A stretch of DNA of 33,822 nucleotides, from positions 248,001 through 281,822 of the forward strand of contig JAUGWO010000136.1 in the NCBI GenBank assembly GCA_049724395.1, written 5' to 3'. Positions within the stretch are counted from its first letter, which is position 1. Every line of letters starts with the position of its first letter. The DNA is from Spongospora subterranea f. sp. subterranea (taxonomy: Eukaryota). The position numbers and the translations under genes are program-made. The notes under the pieces were generated by a model, which made no database searches, had not been told where the DNA came from, and saw only the letters and a program-made list of their open reading frames with translations. Below, piece by piece: positions 1-10,900 of this stretch.

Positions 1-119
1 GGTGGATCGTCCGGACAACTATCGGTCCAAGGCTATACACTCATTAACCACATTCAGACCAGTTTAACTAATATCATTTCCACCAGAGCTACCCCCTCAT
101 GCGACCTCACAGATGTAAG

Positions 120-575
120 CATCTAAAAGAAAACGCAGATATCAAGATTGTCTTTTCCGACAAAAATATGGGGTTGGTGGTCATGCACATCTCTGATTAT
201 AACAAACTGGTCTTAGATCACTTATCCAATGATTTAGTCTACAAATAAGTCTCTCCCAGTTTCTGGAACCATCAAGTATCTATGATCAAGGATGAATACT
301 TCGAGCTGGCCGAGAAATTTGAGACATATGCCACCAACCAGATGCCAAAATATCTCAAAGATGGACCACTCGAATCAATTCCCAAATTTCGTGTTCTTCC
401 CAAACTACACAAAACGGGAAATTCTAGTCGCCCTAGCCTGGATCACTACGAAACTGTCTATCCTACTAACCGCCATTCGTAACTCACAGTTACAAATCTC
501 CAATTCAGAAAACAAACAGATTCCAACAGGCAGTTATCTAGTTTCAGATGACGTCAGCAGTCTATACACAAACAT
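120..575 (+). mobile_element. Degenerate Penelope-like retroelement (PLE) reverse transcriptase fragment
   Basis: The frame from 120 reads HLKENADIKIVFSDKNMGLVVMHISDYNKLVLDHLSNDLVYK* (PLE 'DK(G/N)xxxVV' region; in-frame TAA at 246-248), then IPKFRVLPKLHKTGNSSRP ('LPKxHK...RP'). After a frameshift near 433 it reads WITTKLSILL...GSYLVSDDVSSLYTNM (RT 'DVxSLYTN'). Truncated afterwards. Confidence 0.8.
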
Positions 576-1332
576 GCGGCGGCTACAGCACCCATACGAT
601 GTAATCCTACTCAAAACGGTTCTTGCAGCTTCCTTAATCTCGCGTACCTTTTATTAGTTGAAGCTGTTGTGAAAATTATAGCTGCTTGGTTTTTCGCTGG
701 TTGTTTTAGAAAGACAGCAATCGGCTTGTGGTTCAGCCAAGGTAGCATCTCCAGCATCTCTTCTGTGATCCGGAGTCGCATGACGACCAGTAAATCCTAA
801 AAAAAATGATGTTAAGGTAGTTAGGGTATTTGGAATTGTAGTGTTCCGATTAAGAAATCAGTATGGGGTAACCAAGGTTTCAATCTAACATTCGTGCCTG
901 TTCTGTGAAAACGTCTTCTCGCGCGCAAGGACCGTTGGCCGAGCTGAAGCGGATACAAAGCTTTCCAAGATAAATTTAGGACCCTTCCGACCCGGGTTTA
1001 CATGAACCAGCATGTGAAGACCTTAGGCATGGCGCTTGTCACATTGTAGTACTGATCCTTTTGCCGACAAAAGGTCTGGAGTTGCGCGAACGTATAGTAC
1101 ATGGTGTTTAAGTACTTGAAATTGTCGACCGATAAAGTGTTAAGTCTACTCTATGTTAATCAACCGATTCTCATATATGATATGCTTACTCTTGTTGTAC
1201 ATCACATGGAAGAATTTGATGAAGACGCCCCGGTTCCAGAGCTGATCCAGCACTACGAGAACCTGCCATCCGGCTGCCTCTGGCTCAAACGTGCTTGCTT
1301 CAAGCCTCTCTTCAACTCCTATGTTCGTAAGA

Positions 1333-1464
1333 TCAGAAAATTAAACTTCTAGCAAAGTCAGAAAAACGGAAACGGTCGTTCTTCCAACCCGCGAAGAGAC
1401 GACCGCGTAAAGAAACAAAGCGGCCATTTCCGTTTTTTGCTTTGCTAGAAGTTTGGTTTTCTGA
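1333..1464. repeat. Imperfect foldback/inverted repeat (MITE-like hairpin)
   Basis: TCAGAAAATTAAACTTCTAGCAAAGTCAGAAAAACGGAA (from 1333) is the near reverse complement of TTCCGTTTTTTGCTTTGCTAGAAGTTTGGTTTTCTGA (to 1464). Confidence 0.7.
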
Positions 1465-1888
1465 GTTCCTCAGACACAATGGACTCGGGAAGAGAAAGAA
1501 CGCCGCCAAAGTCGCTTAAAACCCAGTCATCAATGCAACCTTCATCTGCATAATGGCAGGCATTCTCGTCACCTGTGCTTCCTGGAGATAGCACCATGGT
1601 TTAGGGTATAACATTTATCAGCAATCATTCCCCCATTCCCTCTCGGCGCCCAGCAATTGTTAAGGAATATGTGTCGCGACTCACGAGTGCATCAAAACCG
1701 TGTCATCATTACCGCCATTTTGGGAATCCTACTCTTTTCATAATCAAAAACTGGCGCTACGATCCGCGAGCGGGTAGCCGGGACGGTCCAAGACGACCCA
1801 AACAAGCCCCGTGATCGAGAGGTGTTGGCCGCCACGGAGTCCGAATGGCGACATTCCGATCACTGGCGTCTGGCAATCAGACATTCCA

Positions 1889-3152
1889 ATGGGATTATCG
1901 GAACTGGATTTGACCCAGCTCATAGCCAAGGCGAAATCGCTTGATGGACGGATCGAGATCGCATCATCGGAGAGAATATTGATTGATATCGAGAACTATA
2001 ATAATGGCGATTGTAATCCACGACGATTCGCGATCCTGATCCGCAATCTGGCCGCCCATCCGTCAATCGAACACAGACAGCGCCTAACCAGATTCATCAC
2101 TCCACTACTCTCTATCGTGTCGCTCCCCGATGATGGTGACGCTGGCCACCGGTTATGTTCATATCAAGCTCTGGCCAACCTGGTTCAGAACGATCCATCT
2201 CACGCCCACACCGTCTTCTTCCATTGCTATGATAACGGCCTGTTCATTAACGATTGTGGTTCAGTTGCCGTATCCCGCGATCTATTATATGCCTGTATTC
2301 GATGCAGTGATGCGTGTTTAGGCGCGTTTGCAACTTCACAATCTCTTATAGAGCTGATCCTCAACGTCGGAGATGAAGATGTTGATTTAATGGAATGCGC
2401 TTATCTAACTGTTCGGCTAATGGCTGGCACATCTTATATTGATCGTCTTCTCTCGTTGAATCATCCCTCGATCGCTATTCTATCCGCTGACATTCTAGAC
2501 GAATCTCTATCGGCGCAATCACTGTCTGTCGACCAGATCGCCCTCAGCAGAATCGGCGACGCCATCGTTCGCCTTCTTAGAGGATGGCTCGCTCAATTCG
2601 GTACAATACTTTCCTCTACCCCTTCGAATGCCGACCCAATTCACCTCGACCTTCTATATTCCATCTGCCTTCTCGCCAATACGTTCGTGATCACCGCTAT
2701 CTGTCGCCCGGAAATCCCCAATCTGGTCGATGGCGGTATTGCAGATATAACCCTGAATCTATTAGCGTCATGTGGCCAGGACGATGGACCACGCCCGACC
2801 CGATCCACGTGCGACCGGTCGACGCGGCTATCGCCGTTGTCAATGAAGGCGGTCTTGGTCCGGTTGCTCGCTAATCTATCTGGTGTCAACGATAGCGCCA
2901 GGCGAAGGATCGGCGAGGATGACGCTCTTATCCTCCTTTTGAATCAGGTAATGTATTAAAGCACCCCGTTTTTCGACAACTCCTCGCTAATTTTCGTTCC
3001 GTATTCAGTGCAAGATTGACGACAGGAATCCATTTATGCAAGAATGGGTTGTATTTGCGATCCGAAACCTGACCCAGAACGATCCCGTAATCCAACAGCG
3101 CATCGAACAACTGAAACCAACGCCCTATAGCACTGTGTCGGTCGAGATGTAA
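1889..3152 (+). CDS. ATXN10: Ataxin-10 homolog (ARM-like, Atx10homo_assoc domain); exons 1889-2947 and 3009-3152
   Basis: Splicing the 61-bp GT-AG intron 2948-3008 gives LLLNQ|CKIDDRNPFMQEWVVFAIRNLTQND, the ataxin-10 C-terminal signature, preceded by LVRLLANL. First ATG at 1889, TAA at 3150-3152. Confidence 0.88.
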
Positions 3153-3224
3153 TCTGATTGACGATTGTTTTGCCGGTTGGTCCCTAAATCCTCCACAGTG
3201 ACTCACCGTTTACTAAACTATCTT

Positions 3225-4766
3225 ATGAGTCATCTCCCGACTATTAACTCGATCAATCAGCCGAAAATCGGTGATTCATTGTTTGAAACTGTCTCCGAAT
3301 CAAGACGAGACGAAGTGATTTTATTTGGCCAGATGGTGCTAGGCATCATAGAGCTGTTTCGAAAGGAAGACACCTCTATTGTCCCTTTCTTTATCCCCGT
3401 TGGCATTATTGGCCTTATTCGCCTTGTCTTATTCCTGTTCCGATTTGTCTGCTATTTGCTGTATAAGCCGCAAATACCGTCCAGCAAGCGACTCAACACG
3501 TTCTCGTCGTCGGACGTGACGATTATAGTGCCGACCATCGATTGCGGTCCTGAATTCGCCAGCGCCGCGGCCCAATGGGTTAAGAACTCTCCCGCCGAGA
3601 TCATTGTCGTCACGACCGATGCCTGCTTTCCGCAAATTCAGGCGATGGTCTATAATTTCGATCAGGGATCGGGTCTGTTCCGTGTTCTGTCTGTTCCTGA
3701 AGCGAACAAGAGGGTCCAGTTGATGGAAGGGGTGAACGCATCCAGGACGGCGATCCTGGCGTTCAGCGATGACGACGCCATATGGTCGGACGACTTCATC
3801 AAGTGGATGCTGGTCCCGTTCGACAGCCCGAAGATCGGGGGTGTCGGGTCGAGTCAAGCGATGACGCCATGTGGCGATAGAGCGACTGTCTGGGAGGTTC
3901 TGGCCGATATGAGGTTGTCCATGAGGATGATGGAGGCTGCGTCAACATCGCGGGTGGACGGGGGGATATCGTGCTTGTCGGGTCGGACAGCGGTTTATCG
4001 TCGGGAGATCATGGCCGATCCCGATCTCAGGGAGAAGTTCGTCAGCGAGAAGTGGCGCGGGAAATACAGCCTGCATTCCGGGGACGACAAGTTCCTGACG
4101 CGTTGGTTGGTGAGCCATGGTTGGGAGATGAGCTTCCAGAAGCACGAGCGGGCGCTATTATTGACCACATTCAAGCCCAACTGGCACTTCCTCAAGCAGC
4201 TCCTTCGCTGGACCCGAAATACCTGGAGGTCGGATTTCACATCACTGTTCATCGACCGGAAGATATGGAGGCGTTATCCTTACGTGGCGATGAACATGCT
4301 CGATAAGATGTTGAATCCGATCACGTTGCTCATCGGCCCAGTATTTATTATTTACGCCATGGTCATGCATCCTCGCTGGTCGCCATACGCGATCGGCGCC
4401 AGCGAGGTCGTCTGGCTCTTCTTCTCCAGGTACATTCGTCTCGCCGAGCACTGGAGGAGAAAGCAATGGGATATCGTTTATCTCCCATTGTACATCGTGT
4501 TCAACTACTTCTTCGCGCTCATGAAAGTGTACGCTCTTTGCACTCTTCATATCACCGGATGGGCGACGAGAACGGATACGAGCGAGTTGTCCGATATTGA
4601 GATGAGTGCCGTCTCAATCACCATCGTCGTTGACGACGAGCATGAGGGACCCGTACTGTGTCGCAAAATAACACCAACGACCATGAACAAGGTCGATCTG
4701 ACCGATAAATATCCCGTTGAATTAAAAGCTAATCCAGTAAAAGTTAGTACAGCTCCAGCTGCTTAA
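3225..4766 (+). CDS. Intronless processive GT2 glycosyltransferase, Cps1/hyaluronan-synthase-like polysaccharide synthase
   Basis: Single ORF with an N-terminal TM, VTIIVPTID, KRVQL, FSDDD, CLSGRTAVYR, GDDKFLTRW and QLLRW (QxxRW), then multiple C-terminal TM helices. The motif set resembles the fungal Cps1 family. Confidence 0.88.
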   Translation: MSHLPTINSINQPKIGDSLFETVSESRRDEVILFGQMVLGIIELFRKEDTSIVPFFIPVGIIGLIRLVLFLFRFVCYLLYKPQIPSSKRLNTFSSSDVTIIVPTIDCGPEFASAAAQWVKNSPAEIIVVTTDACFPQIQAMVYNFDQGSGLFRVLSVPEANKRVQLMEGVNASRTAILAFSDDDAIWSDDFIKWMLVPFDSPKIGGVGSSQAMTPCGDRATVWEVLADMRLSMRMMEAASTSRVDGGISCLSGRTAVYRREIMADPDLREKFVSEKWRGKYSLHSGDDKFLTRWLVSHGWEMSFQKHERALLLTTFKPNWHFLKQLLRWTRNTWRSDFTSLFIDRKIWRRYPYVAMNMLDKMLNPITLLIGPVFIIYAMVMHPRWSPYAIGASEVVWLFFSRYIRLAEHWRRKQWDIVYLPLYIVFNYFFALMKVYALCTLHITGWATRTDTSELSDIEMSAVSITIVVDDEHEGPVLCRKITPTTMNKVDLTDKYPVELKANPVKVSTAPAA

Positions 4767-4914
4767 AACATAATACACCGTTCCTTCAATAACACCTTCA
4801 TCAATTGGCGATTTTATGAGTATTGCCCAGAACTAAAAGCTGAAAACAGTAAACTTTAATAAACGAGGAAACTGAGTGTTTGAGAGAGACGTTAAGGTAT
4901 GCGACTTTTTTAGA

Positions 4915-5872
4915 TTAAACTGTTCTATTATGACCATTGTTGTTGTGGAGCAACAGGTTGATAGAAGTACCGGCTCCCAGATCATATTCCCATTCGTCTT
5001 GCACATACGCCTCGGCGTCGAGCATCGGGTCCATGTCATCTTGAGACCCATTTTCAGGTCGAACGCTGAACTCGGCAATCGCCAAAATTCTCTGAAACAA
5101 CAGAAAACCGAAACGAAATAAGCGGGTGCAATCGAACTAGTGAATGGCGCTTCTGTACCGTCACATATTCAAGTTCATCAATTTCGAAGAGGAGTTCATA
5201 TTTTTCTTTGGACATGTGGGTCCTCAGCAGGATCAACAGGTCAGCGTCAGACTTCGGTAATTGCCCACGAAGTTCACTGGGATACCTGAGATGCTTCTGC
5301 TTGACAGGAATCGATATGGACTGTTTCGATGGAGGGTTTCGCGATATCTCTAGGAATTCCTGCAACAGGTCTTGAAAGTTAACCTCGGTCTCGGCAGACT
5401 GATTGAGCCCCGATTTCGATATTAGATCCCGTATGAGGCCGGTTGTGTCCATGACCTGCACAAACTCATGTTGAACCCTCTCAATGTTCTTCTTAATAGA
5501 CCTCTTGATCGCGTCGAGTTCGGAAGAGAACTGTTCAGGGCTGGTATCGTGCAGGCTGATGATGTCCATAATCTTTGATATGGTGAAAATACTAACATTT
5601 CTACAGTTGTTGTTGTGAACCAATATGTCTGCAGCGGATAGAGCAGCGGACGATATGTCGTCGTCTTTTACTTCCTTGCTCAACTCTTTCATCAATTGTA
5701 TGTGCGTCTCGCATTCAACAATATCATCGATATAGTTCCCGATTTCATCATCCAGCCACGAGACGACTTGATCAGCGAGGGTCTCGGTTTCATCGTGCTC
5801 CGATTCCCCGAAGACGATCGGCACTACGAAGAGCAAAACCATAAACCATATAGACCTACGCCTGCTTCGCAT
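4915..5872 (-). CDS. Predicted secreted helical protein of unknown function; 2 exons (intron ~5092-5158)
   Basis: Signal-peptide-like start MRSRRRSIWFMVLLFVVPIVFG-ES followed by an acidic, helical mature region. The phase-0 GT-AG intron joins ...ELEYVT to RILAIAEF...NRTV* (frame of ORF 4915..5100). Alternative ATG at 5896. Confidence 0.6.
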
Positions 5873-6226
5873 CGAAAAATGGGCATTGCGCCTCATTTGC
5901 GGGTATTTGCTAAACCGTAGAGTTGGTACAGCTGTAGCGGCAGAATATTTGCCGGGCCAAGTGCGGCAACCGCCGTGGACAGGACCGTGGCTCAATGGGA
6001 TGAAGGATGAACACTGTTACCTGGATCTGATCAATATGATCGATTAATCAATGATGATGACTGCACTTGGATGGGGTTCACTGGCCAAATCACCGTCCTA
6101 TACGTTGATCGTCCTCGACCTGCAGGAGGAAAACATATCGATCGAACACGATGACCAGATCAAGGGGGGTTATTAATGACGGTATTCCGGTTTATGGTCG
6201 CGATTAAATTATGGTTAGTCGAAAAA

Positions 6227-7608
6227 TCAGGTCTGGGTTGGACTTGAGGGGGTACTGCGTTTTATCCTGACGATCCGCTTCGACGTATTATGGCAAGCGG
6301 CAAGGATGCGGTAGGCCCTCGCTTCCTGTCTACCCTCTTGTAATGATGTGATCGTGTTGAGAACGAATCGTGAATTGCTGCCTTCTGGCAGGATATAGAT
6401 AGCGGCAATAGTTTTGTAAACCAATGCTTCTAATGGCTCATAATCTGGGTTTTTTGACAGTTCTGGATAAACTTTCGACATCAGGCTAGTATTGCCGACA
6501 ACCAAATGAATGACATCTTACCAGGTATGCAAGAGAACAGGACTGGGGGTTCGTTATAAGGAAGACCGATCTCCCTTGATAGTGCTCTAGGATGGCGAAA
6601 ATGCATATCGATCCACCAAGGCGGAATTGACTCACATTGGCTATATCCAGATTGCAGAATATCTGCCAGCATCTCCCACGCATCCCTATCATAATGCAGG
6701 TAGGAGAGTCTGTCGATACACAAGTCCAGCATCTTTTCGGATGGAAACACCCCTTGATTATGATATTGGCAGAGCTCCAGAAATACAGACGATACCGGAT
6801 CCTTTTGTAATAAAGAACACGCGGTCTCGATAAATGACGCACTGTTGATAAGTTGTTGTCTCTTGAGCAGTAATATCTTGAGAGAATACCCATACGGGTT
6901 ATGGGGATTTTGACGACAGAACTTGTCACAAATAGGGAGGACATCCAAAGCCAATTGAGGAAATCTTATTGACGCGTCCAGAATGCGATACAATATATAG
7001 TCGCAATCCGGTAGCGATTTTTGTGCCGTCACCAGATTGTTGATCGCATCCGTCAACATCGTTTCAGATTCGGCAACGTACGCTTCATTGGCCTGAGTTA
7101 GAAGCTCAAGAGCGATGATGCCAGCATATGCTAAGAATAATGGATTTGAGACGTAATTCTCATCTGTAAGCACATCAAGGAGCTGTGAGTGAGCTTGGGC
7201 TAACTGCCCGCGTTCACACAATGATAACACCAGCTGGAACAGGCAAAACTGTCCCTGAGAATCAGACAAAGCTTGTTCAATTTCCAGTGATTAACAGTGA
7301 ATAGACATGATTCCTACAAAGGTGTCGGCCTGCACAGAACTCTTCGCTTTCAGCTGTAAGCTTCTCAGTTTCCTGTACAACCTGATTCTTCGGTCGGATG
7401 GCTCCGATGGTCTGCTCGACAACTCGATCACGGATTTGAGAAAGTCAACTGGCATGGCAGAGAGCATGGGCAGAATGGCCCTGCACACGCGTCGAACTGC
7501 ATTCCAGTTCCGACGACGGAGCATGGAGTATAATAATGCATTGAGCTCGGTGGACCGTAGCTCTAGGCGATCATTGCTACGCTCATCAACGCTGACGAGC
7601 GTGGCCAT
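6227..7608 (-). CDS. TAF1A: RNA polymerase I initiation factor TAF1A/Rrn11-like; 3 exons (introns ~7255-7317, ~6463-6521)
   Basis: The N-terminal ALLYSMLRRRNWNAVRRVC resembles Rrn11 'LLRRNW'. TPR-like helices follow (NPLFLAYAGII, KDPVS), and PPWWIDMHF plus LVYKTIAA resemble the TAF1A C-terminus. Confidence 0.65.
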
Positions 7609-7939
7609 GATGCCAAGGTAGCGAGGTCCCCTACAACCAAGGGGATGCGCATGTAGACTGTTGGCGATCCCGCAGCCAGACAGGGCACGTAATACGATCT
7701 ACCGGCCACACCACGGGTTGTCCGCTTTCCAGGCAGACTGTGCGATGCCACAGACGAGCCCCAATCGCGCTCTGAGCACAGCGCATCACTCCCACAGCTC
7801 TGTAGACGAATATTCATGTCCTAACTAACATCAATGTGTTTCGACAGTGTTCTGATGCAGCCTCATGGATATGCAGTTTTGACACAGGAAATAAACAATA
7901 TATATTTTTGTCTGCAAATTGAAAAAAAATATAGGAACA

Positions 7940-10900
7940 TTATTTGTCACGAACACTGGACTTTCTTCTCTGAGATTGTGCGCTTTCCATTGGCGTCAAT
8001 CTGACAGACCTTCTCTGATGTCCGACCCTTTTGCCAGTGCTGGCGCTAGTGCGGGATGATTTTTTAACTGGTGTCGTAAGCGCATCATCTCCTACATCAG
8101 ACAAGAGTGCTCTGGAACGCGTTGCTCTAGCAGGAGTTGCTTTGATTTGAGCGGCATCTTCGGGTTCAACTTGCTCTTTCTGAAATACCAATTGCTTTCG
8201 CGAATTGGTTTTCGGTCTTGTCTGTTCTGGAGTGAGTAATGGACTCGAGGCAGTCAGGGGTTTCGGTGGTCGGCCAGATTTCCTTGTCGCTTCGTCAAGT
8301 GGTACCTTGTCAGGAGTCGAAACTGAGTTGGGAGATATTGCCTGCTTTTTTAGCCGACTTGATTTCCTCGTTATCATTAATTGATCAGTATGCCCTCGCT
8401 TAGACATAGCATCGTCGGCAATTTCAGTGAACTCATCATTTTTGGGTTCCGTTTTCTCTTCTTCGAACGTGATCAGCTTTTTGGCATTCCTTCTAGCTCG
8501 AGAAACAGCGATATTATCAGCTTCCAGATTTTGTCGTGTTTTTATCGATTTCACAACCTGGTCGGGCTCCGAAATCGGGGAAACAACGACCGGGTTCAAA
8601 ACCGGTTTTGCTCGGCCAGGTTTCCTTTTGGGCACTTCATTAGATGTGCCTTCAGTAGATGGCGATTTTGCGGCCGAAATGATGCCTTCGACCTCCACGG
8701 TTTGATCGTGGGGTGATTTTTGCAACTTTAATTTTTTCAAGTCGAGGGATTTCACATTCTTGAAAGGTACAGCAGTAGCTGGTTGACTTGTAACTTCTCG
8801 TTTAGGAGGTCGGCCACGTTTTTTTGGATTAATTTCTACAGGTTCGTTAGCGACAATTTGTGTCGAAACATCATCAACTTTGGGAGATGGATTATGATCA
8901 GCAGACGAGGATGAATCCGTTTTTTGTAGCTTGAGAGCTGAAACAACATTTTCCGGTCTCAACATTTTTCTGGGCAACTCCAATAGTTCCGGGTTCGCCG
9001 ATTTTGAGCTAGCAACTGGATAAACACGCTCTGTATCGGAGGCAATACCGATTGAGGTAATGGGAGAAGACGTTCCGTCGATCATTTGGCCTCGATCAGC
9101 CTCGATTGGTAATTCAGAAGATAATATGGAATTATTGCGGGTTGCTGGAGATTCGAAAGGAATCGATGGTTCAGAAATTTGCAAACTTGCGTCATCTTCA
9201 GATATAACGGGACCTGAAAACATCGACCTAATTCCATTAACGACGTTTGATCCAAGCGAGAACAAGCTCGTAGTCGTCATTAACTGCGATGCTGGCACTT
9301 TTGGAGTATCTTGAGTAGACTCATGAATATCGGCGTCGCATACATCCATTGGCAACATCGATTTAGTTTTGAACTCCGTCTCTAGGTTCAAGACATAAGC
9401 AGCGGGAATGTAACGATCGACTGAAGCCTGTACCATTGGGTATTTCCGATTGGGAATTTTTATCTTGAAAAGTCAAGGTATCGCATTCGTCATTGATGTC
9501 GATTACGTGTACAATAGGCGAAGAAGTTTCTTTCATTCCGTTATTGGCATTTGGTACCTCAGCTGAGGTAACTGGACTACCCTTCACGATATATTGACTC
9601 TTCGCTGCTCTCGTATTCCATGGACGAGTACTGGACGGCTTCTTCGTCGATACCACCAATATCCAAATCACCATGTCCTATAACCGAGTCATTTGCTAAC
9701 GGTCGAGTTCCCTACACATTTGTGTCAACAAATTAGATTCCCACACAAGGAACGTGAACTGTACACAAAGTGATGGAACATCGATCGTCGACGATGAAAT
9801 AATGGAACCCAGTTCAGCTTGTTGTAAAGACAAGGTGGTCCTGTACAAGCGCTTACTTTGAAAAAAAAGAGGCGCCATCAATAAAAAGCTTACGGTTCAT
9901 CGGCAAGCATGCAAAACTTCGCGAACGCGATGAAACGCATGTTTGTAGTTGTAACTTCCTGAAACGTTGTTGACTGCGCTAAAGGATCTGTGACTTTAGC
10001 AGCTCCGACCGCGAAAAAATTGTAAAGCTACAGAAACTGGTTTGAAAAGTTGAACCCGGGCAATCAAACTCATACCGAAGACTGAGTAATATGATTTCGC
10101 AAATGCGGATGTAAACCGCTTTGACAATTGTGCAAAACTTTTTCGATAGACACTGCTTTTTTGGAGTTTGTTTCATATTGACTCAACGCCTTTGTATAGC
10201 TTGAGCGAAAAAGATCGTATACAACGGATGATGATCTACCAAACAAGTTTCCTTCTCGAAAAATGAGTGGACACGATAACGCATGAAGCCGAAGCGAAAT
10301 CACCTAGCCTTTCTACTTCTTGAGCGCGTAATGGAATCGAAAACAGCACAGCTGACTGATTATTCTTCAGAAACCAGGAGAAAAAAGAATCAAGAAGCGT
10401 GTGAGAAGAATCATCGTAGAGCCGGACGAAGGAAATGCACTAGTAAAGACCATGAGAACGGTGACAGTAAGACACGGATTGAGAAATACTTCGTTGATCT
10501 TGGAATTCTCCAACAGCAACTGAGAGTGAAGTAGTTTGAATTCTAAAGAACACTTGAGAGACGTGCAGCGTAATAGCTGAGAAGCGCGAAGAGCTGCCGA
10601 ATGATTTTTCAGCCGCCCAAATAGAACAGATAATATATGACAACCCAACGCCAGTTCTGATAGCACAGAACCCGTAGAATTCATCAACGACTAAACATCT
10701 CGGTCAGTCGAAGCAGAAATGGATAGGTAATGAGGCGTAAGTAACAACATCTTACAAGTGCAAGCGAAATATGAGTGCTGATAGCTACATTATCCTCTTG
10801 GCATAGTGCTTCATCAAGATGCCACAGACACTTGATAGCATTACAGCGCTCGGTACTCCTACCTTCAAATTGCACTTTGGGGACAAAAGTATATAAAAAA

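Noticed and set aside
1101..1352. Independent 83-aa gene
   Set aside because: No recognisable motif, it lies in a relic-rich zone, and its stop comes from the foldback element.
1811..1888. GTG start extension of the ataxin-10 ORF (likewise TTG/GTG starts at 3165, 5995, 17480)
   Set aside because: Artefacts of the bacterial start-codon table; the first in-frame ATG is used instead.
3429..4550. Antisense and alternate-frame ORFs inside the GT2 gene
   Set aside because: Shadow ORFs expected in GC-richer coding DNA; no motifs.
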